Shown: positions 1-7,884 of the stretch, in pieces | Position numbering within the stretch: the first letter of the stretch is position 1 | Layout: every line of letters begins with the position of its first letter | DNA from: a virus | Taxonomy: Duplodnaviria > Caudoviricetes | Length of the DNA: 56,756 nucleotides | Direction: 5' to 3' (one strand) | IMG/VR virus record: IMGVR_UViG_3300044730_000684 | Span: 1-56,756 of that record | Program-made: the position numbers and the translations under genes | Notes under the pieces: model-generated | Database searches by the model: none | What the model saw: only the letters and a program-made list of their open reading frames with translations | Told to the model about the DNA's origin: nothing

Positions 1-105
1 TGTCGGTTACGAGCCTGACGGTATCGAGCCTGTCGCTCGCCAATGCGACCTTTACGTCCGCTACAATTACGACGCTGACTTCTACCTCGGCTGCGATTAC
101 GACCC
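1..105. repeat. 105-bp terminal direct repeat, left copy (circular assembly overlap)
   Basis: 1-105 is identical to 56652-56756 and lies inside a continuous reading frame. Confidence 0.97.
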
Positions 106-287
106 TTTCGGGAACCACGCTGTCGTATGGCAGTTCGTCTATTACGAATCTGTCCTTGGGAAGCCTTGTGATCAGTTCGACGACGCTGGTTGCGAACCTA
201 AATGCTGATTTGCTGGACGGGCAATCAGGAAGTTATTATCTCGATCTGGCTAATGCCACAGGAACCCTTAGCGGGGGAGCTTACTAA
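1..287 (+). CDS. 3' end of the long tail fibre gene that starts at 54281 (wraps the circular junction)
   Basis: Codons from position 3 read SVTSLTVSSLSL...VANLNADLLDGQSGSYYLDLANATGTLSGGAY*; TAA at 285-287 overlaps the next ATG; in frame with 54281 across the overlap. Confidence 0.9.
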   Translation, partial: SVTSLTVSSLSLANATFTSATITTLTSTSAAITTLSGTTLSYGSSSITNLSLGSLVISSTTLVANLNADLLDGQSGSYYLDLANATGTLSGGAY

Positions 288-2419
288 TGCCTACTATTCT
301 TACTAAGCGAAGCAACACTCCGGGCGCGGTCCCGGCAACGGCAAACTTGACGAATGCGGCGGGAGGCGCAGAACTTGCTGTCAATACGGCAGACAAGCGG
401 CTCTTTAGCATTAATTCAAGCAGCGCCATTATTGAAGTGGGCACGAACCCGTCAAGCCTGACTTGCGCGGATGCTTCGTTCACGGTTGCTCGTGTTGGCA
501 GTCTTACGATCAGCAGCTTGTCTCTGACCAATGTAACCGTAACTTCGGCTACGGTAACGACGCTGACTGGTACAAGCGCCAACATTACGAATATCTCTGG
601 CACTAGTTTGACTGTTAGCACCGCGACCCTCTCCGGCGGCACCGCCAACGGCGTGTTGTACTTGAACGGCAGCAAGGTGGCGACTTCGGGGAGTGCGCTG
701 ACGTTTGATGGGACTAATTTCGGCTTGGGGTTGACGCCTGCTAACTACGCGAATTACCGCAACCTTGCAATCAGCGGCACGACTGGCGCTAACATTGATA
801 TGCTGTCCGGCAGCACGAAAGTTGGCAATTTATTTAATGACGGGACGAATTTTTACGCATACAACGTCACCGCTGGGTCTTTGGTGTTTGGCGTCAACAA
901 CACCGAACAAATGCGCCTTACCTCGACGGGGTTGGGCATCGGGACGAGTTCGCCTGCTGCAAAGTTGGATGTATCTGGTACTGCGTTTTTTGGAGCCGCA
1001 ACAACAAAACTAAAAACTTATTCAGATGCTTCATACAGTGGCATCTTTAATGGCGCATCCCTCGGGGCAGCAGAATCCTTCTACATGGGTGCTGGGGCAT
1101 TGTTTTTTGTTGGTGGCGGCTCCGAGCGGATGCGCCTTGACTCCTCCGGCAACCTCGGTCTGGGCGTAACGCCGAGTGCGTGGGACAGCAGTTGGAAAAC
1201 CCTTGAGTTGCAGGGCGGCTTTGTCGGCGGTGGCGCAACATCGTATATAGAATTTGGACAAAACAATTTCTACGACGGCGCGTTTAAGTACAAAACAACA
1301 GGCGCTGCTAGTCTTTACGAGCAAAATACTGGGTCGCACCGCTGGTTCACCGCCCCCTCCGGCACCGCAGGCAACACCATCTCGTTCACGCAGGCGATGA
1401 CGCTTGATGCGAGTGGGAATTTGTTAGTTGGCGCGACATCAGCGGCAAGTACAGAGCGTCTTAATGTTGTTGGCGGTATTGGAATTCGTATTAACGAAGA
1501 CGGGTCAGGCACTAAAGTATTGTCATTGAGAAGTGATTTTGCCGGTGCTGGCCCTGCCGTTAACGTACCCACAAACCACCCGCTGCTCTTTCAAACCAAC
1601 AACACCGAACGCGCACGCATCACGAGCGGGGGGGATTTTGGGATTGGGACGACTTCGCCTGTATCAAGGCTGCACGTTGCTGGAAACATTTACGCGCAAA
1701 ACTCTGGCGCAGATACAAAGATTGACGTTATTGCCCCATCAGATTCTTACGCACAATATGTGCGGTGGGCGGTTACGGGCGTTCGCAATAATGGAATTTT
1801 AGGCTTCCCTGCTGGAAGTGCTGACTTGGTATTCCGCAACGGCGGCGATACGTTTAGCAATGGCACGGAGAGATTCCGCGTCACGAGCGGGGGGGATTTT
1901 TTAGTTGCAAAAACTGGTAACGACCCAGAGGTAGGTGTAGGTGCGATTTTAAGTTCAGGGGGGTTTATTTCTTCGGTTAGATCAGGTACCGACTCAACCA
2001 CTCAGTCGTATCTTCTTTACTCAACAGGCGCATCTGCTTATCGTTTTTACGTCAATATGGCTGGTACTGTTTTCGCAACCAACACATCAATTAGTGCAAT
2101 TTCAGACGAACGATTAAAAGAAAACATTTGCGATTTGGATATAGGACTTGATGCGGTCATGGCATTAAAGCCGCGCAAGTTTGATTGGAAAGAAGGCAAA
2201 GGCGCGAACATAAAAGATGCGCGTGGTTTTATCGCTCAAGAGTTTGAGCAAGTATTCCCAGACCTTGTTGACGAGTGGCGCGATCCTGCACCGGAAGGCG
2301 AGGAACCGTACAAGTCTGTGCGACAGGATTTGATTCCCGTGCTGGTCAAGGCCATCCAAGAACAGCAAGCAATGATTAACGATCTAAAGGCGAAAGTCGC
2401 CGCATTGGAGAGTAAGTAA
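287..2419 (+). CDS. Tail fibre / receptor-binding protein with C-terminal intramolecular chaperone (peptidase S74-like) domain
   Basis: N-terminal KRS...GELAVNTADKRLF-type anchor; repeated ERxRxxSSGxxGxG modules; C-terminal SDERLKENI...GFIAQE...LIPVLVKAIQEQQ coiled coil. Confidence 0.9.
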   Translation: MPTILTKRSNTPGAVPATANLTNAAGGAELAVNTADKRLFSINSSSAIIEVGTNPSSLTCADASFTVARVGSLTISSLSLTNVTVTSATVTTLTGTSANITNISGTSLTVSTATLSGGTANGVLYLNGSKVATSGSALTFDGTNFGLGLTPANYANYRNLAISGTTGANIDMLSGSTKVGNLFNDGTNFYAYNVTAGSLVFGVNNTEQMRLTSTGLGIGTSSPAAKLDVSGTAFFGAATTKLKTYSDASYSGIFNGASLGAAESFYMGAGALFFVGGGSERMRLDSSGNLGLGVTPSAWDSSWKTLELQGGFVGGGATSYIEFGQNNFYDGAFKYKTTGAASLYEQNTGSHRWFTAPSGTAGNTISFTQAMTLDASGNLLVGATSAASTERLNVVGGIGIRINEDGSGTKVLSLRSDFAGAGPAVNVPTNHPLLFQTNNTERARITSGGDFGIGTTSPVSRLHVAGNIYAQNSGADTKIDVIAPSDSYAQYVRWAVTGVRNNGILGFPAGSADLVFRNGGDTFSNGTERFRVTSGGDFLVAKTGNDPEVGVGAILSSGGFISSVRSGTDSTTQSYLLYSTGASAYRFYVNMAGTVFATNTSISAISDERLKENICDLDIGLDAVMALKPRKFDWKEGKGANIKDARGFIAQEFEQVFPDLVDEWRDPAPEGEEPYKSVRQDLIPVLVKAIQEQQAMINDLKAKVAALESK

Positions 2420-2580
2420 TGTCCGACGCAAAGTTAGAAATGACGCTTGAAGAAGCCGTCGCCATCGTGAATCTGCTGGGTAGCCTCCCGACGAGTCAAG
2501 GCGGGTTCCCGCTCTGGCAGAAACTGAAGGCGCAGGTGGAGGCGCAGTTGCCAAAGCCGGAAGAGGTGGTCAAGCAATGA
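2419..2580 (+). CDS. Small hypothetical protein, 53 aa (possible fibre-associated protein)
   Basis: MSDAKLEMTLEEAVAIVNLLGSLPTSQGGFPLWQKLKAQVEAQLPKPEEVVKQ; stop/start overlaps at both ends; below the ORF-track cutoff. Confidence 0.75.
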   Translation: MSDAKLEMTLEEAVAIVNLLGSLPTSQGGFPLWQKLKAQVEAQLPKPEEVVKQ

Positions 2581-2858
2581 CCATCAACGTCGCGTTTCTC
2601 CTAATCTTCCTAGCCCTTCAAGTGTTGGACATATGGACGACGCTCAAGGCTTTGAAGTTAGGAGGACGCGAGGTGAACCCAGTCTTGGCGAAGTTGTTTG
2701 AGAAATTTGATCCTTTAGCCACGATGGTGATGGTCAAACTCGCCGGGGTCTGGGCGCTGTGGTACGTCGATTTGTATGTCCTGACCGGCATCATGTGTGC
2801 GGTGTACTTGTGGGTCGTAGATCGGAACTTGGCCGTCGTTAAGAAGTTGCAGAAATGA
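2577..2858 (+). CDS. Small membrane protein, DUF5658-like
   Basis: LDIWTT..AL..GGREVNP motif followed by hydrophobic helices. Confidence 0.7.
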   Translation: MTINVAFLLIFLALQVLDIWTTLKALKLGGREVNPVLAKLFEKFDPLATMVMVKLAGVWALWYVDLYVLTGIMCAVYLWVVDRNLAVVKKLQK

Positions 2859-3034
2859 CGGTCGAAGCCAAAGACCTGAAGTTGCTAAAGAGTGACTACA
2901 CCCACCGGATCAAGTCGGTCGGGGACAGGGTAAGGGGCTTGGAGCGTAGGCTCGACTGGGTTGAGAAGTTGTTGTGGTTATCGGCGGGAGCCGTCATCAG
3001 TTGGTTGGTGTCGATTGTGCTACGGAGTGTGTGA
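2855..3034 (+). CDS. Small coiled-coil protein with C-terminal TM helix (XhlA/holin-like), 59 aa
   Basis: MTVEAKDLKLLKSDYTHRIKSVGDRVRGLERRLDWVEKLLWLSAGAVISWLVSIVLRSV; ATGA and TGATG overlaps. Confidence 0.65.
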   Translation: MTVEAKDLKLLKSDYTHRIKSVGDRVRGLERRLDWVEKLLWLSAGAVISWLVSIVLRSV

Positions 3035-3261
3035 TGGAAGACGGGCAGATTTTATTCAACATCATTATCGGAATCGCTGGGCTTTTCGGCGGTTGGATTC
3101 TGAATAACATCTCCCGTTCTATTGAGCGTCTGGACAAGGACGTTCGTGCGATGCCGTTGACCTACGTGACCCGTGCGGATTACCGCGCTGACATTGAAGA
3201 AATCAAAGCGATGCTGATGCGGATCAACGACAAGCTTGATGCCAAGGCGGATAAGGAGTAA
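3034..3261 (+). CDS. N-terminal TM plus coiled-coil protein (holin/antiholin-like)
   Basis: ATG at 3034 overlaps the upstream TGA; ILFNIIIGIAGLFGGWIL helix then YVTRADY..DI.EIK. Confidence 0.7.
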   Translation: MEDGQILFNIIIGIAGLFGGWILNNISRSIERLDKDVRAMPLTYVTRADYRADIEEIKAMLMRINDKLDAKADKE

Positions 3262-3264
3262 CCG

Positions 3265-3810
3265 ATGCCCCTCCCTGCTGCACTCCTGCCTTTGATAAAG
3301 CCGCTCCTTTCGAACGGTTTAAATCTCGTGGCGAACGCCGTTTCCGCGAAGGGCAAGCAATGGGTTGAGAATAAACTCGGCGTTGAGTTAAAGCCGGATA
3401 TGTCCTCTGAAGACTTGGCCAAGGTTCAAATGGCCCAGATGGAGCATGAAGAAGAACTGCTTCGGCTACGCATTGAAGAGGACAAGTTGGATTTGGCCAA
3501 GACGGAACTTTTCCTCAAGGACGTAGACTCGGCGCGGGATCGTGAGACAGCAATTGCCACCTCGGACAAAGCACCGCTGCTCAACAAGATTGTCACGCCT
3601 GTCCTTGCCCTTTCCATCCTGCTGCTGACTTTCATTCTTTTTGGTGTTGTGATGTTCGACAACACTCCGGTTGAGTCCAGCCGCAAAGATATTCTGATCT
3701 ACATTCTCGGGGTCTTGTCTGCGATCTCTACACAGATCGTGTCGTACTACTTCGGCTCCTCGCAGGGTAGTAAGGACAAGGCAGATCAGCTCAAGGAGGC
3801 GCTTAAATGA
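3265..3810 (+). CDS. Putative holin (3TM GTA-type-like)
   Basis: D..SARDRE motif, two C-terminal TM helices ending YYFGSS; directly upstream of the endolysin. Confidence 0.75.
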   Translation: MPLPAALLPLIKPLLSNGLNLVANAVSAKGKQWVENKLGVELKPDMSSEDLAKVQMAQMEHEEELLRLRIEEDKLDLAKTELFLKDVDSARDRETAIATSDKAPLLNKIVTPVLALSILLLTFILFGVVMFDNTPVESSRKDILIYILGVLSAISTQIVSYYFGSSQGSKDKADQLKEALK

Positions 3811-4172
3811 GTAACGTCTCCGAACAGGCTGGATTCTTGCTTGACATGTGTAAGCTGATTGAAAAGGCGACGGAACTTGGCTTCGTGGTGACGGGTGGCG
3901 AGTTGTACCGTACCCCCGAGCAGCAACAGATTCATGTTCGTGCCGGTCGTAGCAAAACGATGAATAGCCTGCATCTAAGCCGTCGAGCAGTAGATTTGAA
4001 CTTTTTTAAAGATGGCAAGTTGTGCTACGACAAGGCTGAGCTTGCCCCGCTTGGCGCTTATTGGGAAAGTTTGCACCCGCTTAATTCGTGGGGTGGGAAT
4101 GGAGTTCGCTTGGTCGATACTCCCCACTTCAGCCGGGGTATTGGTAAGCCGGAATGGCGGCGCGTTACTTAA
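3807..4172 (+). CDS. Endolysin, M15 family (L-Ala-D-Glu-type) peptidase
   Basis: R..EQQ, S.H....AVD, WGG and D.PHF zinc-peptidase motifs. Confidence 0.85.
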   Translation: MSNVSEQAGFLLDMCKLIEKATELGFVVTGGELYRTPEQQQIHVRAGRSKTMNSLHLSRRAVDLNFFKDGKLCYDKAELAPLGAYWESLHPLNSWGGNGVRLVDTPHFSRGIGKPEWRRVT

Positions 4173-4184
4173 TTGGAGATTTAA

Positions 4185-4832
4185 ATGCCAGCCGCAATGA
4201 CCTTTACCAGTTTGCAGTCGGACATCCGCAACTACCTTGAGCGTGGTGGGGCAACGGACCCGATTGTCTTTGAACAGATTCCGCGTCTCATTACGCTGGC
4301 TGAGCGTCGGATTGCGCGTGAGCTGAAGATCCAGGGTTTTCAGAATGTGGTCACGATGACCATGCAGTCTGACGTTGCCGTGTATGCAAAGCCGGATCGG
4401 TGGCGCGATACCATCAGCATTAACTACGGCACCGGCACGGGCAACAACACGCGGGTTCAGGTCTATCCAAGATCGTATGAATATGTGCGTGAGTATTGGC
4501 CAAACGAAACCGAAACCGACCCGCCAAAGTTTTACGCTGACTACAATTACAACTACTGGATCTTTGCCCCAACGCCCGATGCGGCGTACCCGGTAGAGAT
4601 TCTGTATTACGAACTGCCGCCGCTGTTGGATGATACGAATCAGACCAACTGGTTGTCGGAGTACGCGCCCAACTTGTTGCTGTATGGGTCGCTTGTGGAG
4701 GCGACGCCGTTTGTAAAGGACGACCAGCGCGTACAGTTGTGGCAGTCCTACTACGACCGCGCTTTGGCGGCGTTGAATGGTGAAGACTTACAGAAGATCG
4801 TTGATCGGTCTACGAATCGTCGGGAGGCTTAA
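4185..4832 (+). CDS. Head-tail adaptor / tail tubular protein A-like
   Basis: I.LAE.RI.REL, FAP.PD..Y.VE..YY and TNWLS..APNLLLYGSLVEA pattern; size and position in the tail operon. Confidence 0.65.
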   Translation: MPAAMTFTSLQSDIRNYLERGGATDPIVFEQIPRLITLAERRIARELKIQGFQNVVTMTMQSDVAVYAKPDRWRDTISINYGTGTGNNTRVQVYPRSYEYVREYWPNETETDPPKFYADYNYNYWIFAPTPDAAYPVEILYYELPPLLDDTNQTNWLSEYAPNLLLYGSLVEATPFVKDDQRVQLWQSYYDRALAALNGEDLQKIVDRSTNRREA

Positions 4833-4834
4833 CA

Positions 4835-6031
4835 GTGCCTAGCTTTACTCAAACTTTCGGCGGAACGAACATCTATCCAAGTGATGTCTCGTACCGTTAT
4901 GTGTCCCTGACGATTGATCAGGTGCTGGACTGGCCGCTAGAGACTGCGCCGTCAAATGATGTCGTGGCATCCATTATGGATGTTAATGCGACGACGACCA
5001 GCCTTGTCATTACGATGCCGGATGCGCGGGATGCAAGTACCGGCGAAACGGTGTTATTTAATAACGTCGGTTCTAACACCTTTACGGTCAAGACCAGCAC
5101 GGGCGTGCAAATTTGCGCACCCACTTCGGGCAGCACGTTTCAGATTTACCTGACGGACAACAGCACGGAGTCTGGAGCTTGGCGTTCGTTCCAATATGGT
5201 GCATCGGCTTCGGCTGCGAACGCGGCGGCACTTGCGGGTCTTGGGCTGAAGGCGATTGCGACGACGCTGAATCAGTCGGTTCCGGTCAGTACTTTTAGCA
5301 CCACCTACACCGCTGCCACGAGTGACCGTGCTAAGGCATTGGTATGGACGGGAGGCGCAGGGACTCTTGCGTTTGATACTGCCCCTACTCTGGGCAACGA
5401 CTGGTTTGTCAATGTCCGCAATAGCGGCACAGGCGATCTGACGCTAAACCCAAGCAGTTCAGAGACGATCAACGGTGAGCTGACTCTTGTGTTGTCTCCG
5501 GGTGACAGCGCGATTGTCGTTACAAACGGCGTACAGTTTTGGACGATTGGCTTTGGTCAGTCTGCTGTATACGCTTTTAGCTTGCTTCAGATTGATGTAT
5601 CGGGCAGTGGAAATTACACGCTGTCAATTGCGGAACTGAACAAGACGGCTTATGTGTTTACTGGCACGCTGACGGGTAATCGGGACATCATTGTTCCGAC
5701 CACGGTGCAGCAATACTGGGTCAGCAATCAAACCTCTGGGTCTTATACGCTTGGAATGCGTACATCTGGTCAAGCCAGCCCCGGTGTCACGGTAGCAGCC
5801 GGTGCCCGAGCCATTTTGTACTGCGACGGAACAGATGTGGTGGATGCCGACACGGCAACGATTGCCATTCCGGTTACCGTGGCTCAAGGCGGAACTGGCG
5901 CAACAACGGCTTCTGGAGCAAGAACCAACTTGGGCGCAACGTCGATTGGTAACGCGGTCTTTACGGCTGCGAGTACTTCTGCGGCGCAGATTGCGCTGGG
6001 TCTTGACCCGATTGAAGGCGGTAGTTACTGA
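4835..6031 (+). CDS. Tail structural protein (beta-rich, fibre or baseplate-like)
   Basis: GTG start; Thr/Ser/Gly-rich; VAQGGTGATTASGARTNLG fibre motif; ends IEGGSY. Confidence 0.7.
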   Translation: MPSFTQTFGGTNIYPSDVSYRYVSLTIDQVLDWPLETAPSNDVVASIMDVNATTTSLVITMPDARDASTGETVLFNNVGSNTFTVKTSTGVQICAPTSGSTFQIYLTDNSTESGAWRSFQYGASASAANAAALAGLGLKAIATTLNQSVPVSTFSTTYTAATSDRAKALVWTGGAGTLAFDTAPTLGNDWFVNVRNSGTGDLTLNPSSSETINGELTLVLSPGDSAIVVTNGVQFWTIGFGQSAVYAFSLLQIDVSGSGNYTLSIAELNKTAYVFTGTLTGNRDIIVPTTVQQYWVSNQTSGSYTLGMRTSGQASPGVTVAAGARAILYCDGTDVVDADTATIAIPVTVAQGGTGATTASGARTNLGATSIGNAVFTAASTSAAQIALGLDPIEGGSY

Positions 6032-7641
6032 TGCCACTTCAGCCGGTCATCGTTCGCTCCGAACCCGGAATTAAGCGGGACGGAACGAAGTTTGAAGGTA
6101 ACTTTTATGTTGACGGGCAATGGGTCCGTTTTCAACGTGGGTTGCCGCGTAAGATCGGTGGGTATCGCGCACTCCAAGATCGACTGGATGGCATCGCCCG
6201 TGGCATGCACATTCACAATCATAATGGTTATACCTATGTCCACATAGGTACGGCAGCGGGCGTGTTTCGTTTTCGTCTCAGCCAGAACGGACAATCCAGC
6301 ATTGTTACCGATCGCACGTACAGCGGATACGTCGCCAACTCCGATAACCTTTGGCAGTTTGATGTGGCGTTTAACACCACAAACAGTCAGAACGAAATTT
6401 TGGCTCATGCAGCGCCAAACATCGAAGACATCTCTTCAGATGCTGCGGGTCAGCTTTATCAAGGTTTTGATAACGGAACGAGCGAGTTGGTCCCGGTTTC
6501 TGGCATTACCGTCTCTGGCGGTATCGTAGCCCTTGCTCCGTATGTGTTTGCGTATGGATCAGATGGCTTTATCCAATGGAGCCGCGCAGGGTACACGGAT
6601 GACTGGTCCGGCGGCGATGCTGGTGAGGCGCGTGTTACGAGTCAAAAAATCGTTAAAGGATTGCCTCTACGATCCGGTGCCGGTAACGCGCCATCTGGAC
6701 TTTTCTGGTCATTGGATTCAGTCATTCGTGCGACGTATGTTGGCGGTGCTGCTGTATTTCAGTTTGACACCATTACCTCGCAGTCAAGCATCCTCTCTTC
6801 GCAGAGCGTGATTGAGTACGACGGTATTTACTTCTGGTGCGGTGTTGACCGTTTCTTGATGTTTAACGGTGTCGTGCGTGAAGTGCCGAACTCGCTGAAC
6901 CTGAACTGGTTCTTCGATAACCTAAACTACTCTCAGCGCCAGAAAGTATTTGCTTTTAAGGTTCCGCGCTGGGGCGAAATCTGGTGGTGTTACCCGAGGG
7001 GTAATGCAACTGAGTGTACGCATGCCGTCATTTACAACGTTCGTGAGAATACGTGGTACGACACGGAACTCCCGAACGGCGGACGCTCTGCGGGTCAATA
7101 TGCGCAGGTGTTTAGTTCACCCCTCGTAGTAGGTGTGATTGATACCGAAACGGTTCAATTCCGTGGAACGCAAGATACAGAGCGTCGCGTAACAGAAGAC
7201 GATCAACCGCGAATCATTAATGACCCAAAAGGTTATGTGGTTTGGCAGCATGAATACGGAACGGATGAAATTAATGGCGACAGGATTCGCCCCATACAGT
7301 CTTACTTTGAAACGGCGGATATGTCTTTGGTTGCGGCACCTGAGCCACAAAACATGGCTGTTCGTGTTGAGTACATGGAGCCAGATTTTGTTCAGTCTGG
7401 AAACATGACCGTACAAGTTACGGGTAGAGCAAATGCTAAAGCAGGCGAAGTAACAAGCGATCCTCAAACAATTTATGCAACGCTAACGGATCGTCAGCAG
7501 CAGCTTGTCTACTTCCGCGAGATTCGTCGAGAAATGCGCTTTCGATTTGAGAGCAACACGGTTGGCGGGAACTACCAGATGGGGCAGATCATTGCCCATA
7601 TCGAACCGGCTACGGGTACGGTCCTTGGAGAGAATCCATGA
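6031..7641 (+). CDS. Tail nozzle / head-stabilisation protein (tail tubular B-like)
   Basis: 536 aa, beta-propeller-like composition, VRFQRGLPRKIGG start, EIWWCYP...VIYN..E.TW; lies just before the ejection genes. Confidence 0.65.
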   Translation: MPLQPVIVRSEPGIKRDGTKFEGNFYVDGQWVRFQRGLPRKIGGYRALQDRLDGIARGMHIHNHNGYTYVHIGTAAGVFRFRLSQNGQSSIVTDRTYSGYVANSDNLWQFDVAFNTTNSQNEILAHAAPNIEDISSDAAGQLYQGFDNGTSELVPVSGITVSGGIVALAPYVFAYGSDGFIQWSRAGYTDDWSGGDAGEARVTSQKIVKGLPLRSGAGNAPSGLFWSLDSVIRATYVGGAAVFQFDTITSQSSILSSQSVIEYDGIYFWCGVDRFLMFNGVVREVPNSLNLNWFFDNLNYSQRQKVFAFKVPRWGEIWWCYPRGNATECTHAVIYNVRENTWYDTELPNGGRSAGQYAQVFSSPLVVGVIDTETVQFRGTQDTERRVTEDDQPRIINDPKGYVVWQHEYGTDEINGDRIRPIQSYFETADMSLVAAPEPQNMAVRVEYMEPDFVQSGNMTVQVTGRANAKAGEVTSDPQTIYATLTDRQQQLVYFREIRREMRFRFESNTVGGNYQMGQIIAHIEPATGTVLGENP

Positions 7642-7877
7642 GAACGCATCGCATCGTAGACCCGCGTGGAATGGACATTCAGTATTGGGCGGATACACTC
7701 TGCTTGGATCTGGACGAGTATGCGGTCATTCCGCAACTTTACGATAAGAACAGATGGCAAGATTGGGCGGCGGGTTTAGTAAGTATTAATGGCATCTCGC
7801 AGTTGAATCCGCCGTCGCCTTATCAGTTTGACGACTGGCGTGAGTGGGCGCTTCGCTTTTATCAAGTTTTGGACTAG
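7638..7877 (+). CDS. Trp-rich hypothetical virion-region protein
   Basis: Coupled by ATGA overlap; WQDWA...PSPYQFDDWREWA. Confidence 0.7.
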   Translation: MRTHRIVDPRGMDIQYWADTLCLDLDEYAVIPQLYDKNRWQDWAAGLVSINGISQLNPPSPYQFDDWREWALRFYQVLD

Positions 7878-7884
7878 GTGAACT

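Noticed and set aside
1-105. Terminal repeat as the biological end of the virion DNA
   Set aside because: It lies in the middle of a fibre ORF, far from the terminase genes; typical assembler overlap
287-2419. Diversity-generating retroelement targeting the Mtd_N-like fibre
   Set aside because: No reverse transcriptase and no template/variable repeat pair with adenine-specific mismatches was seen
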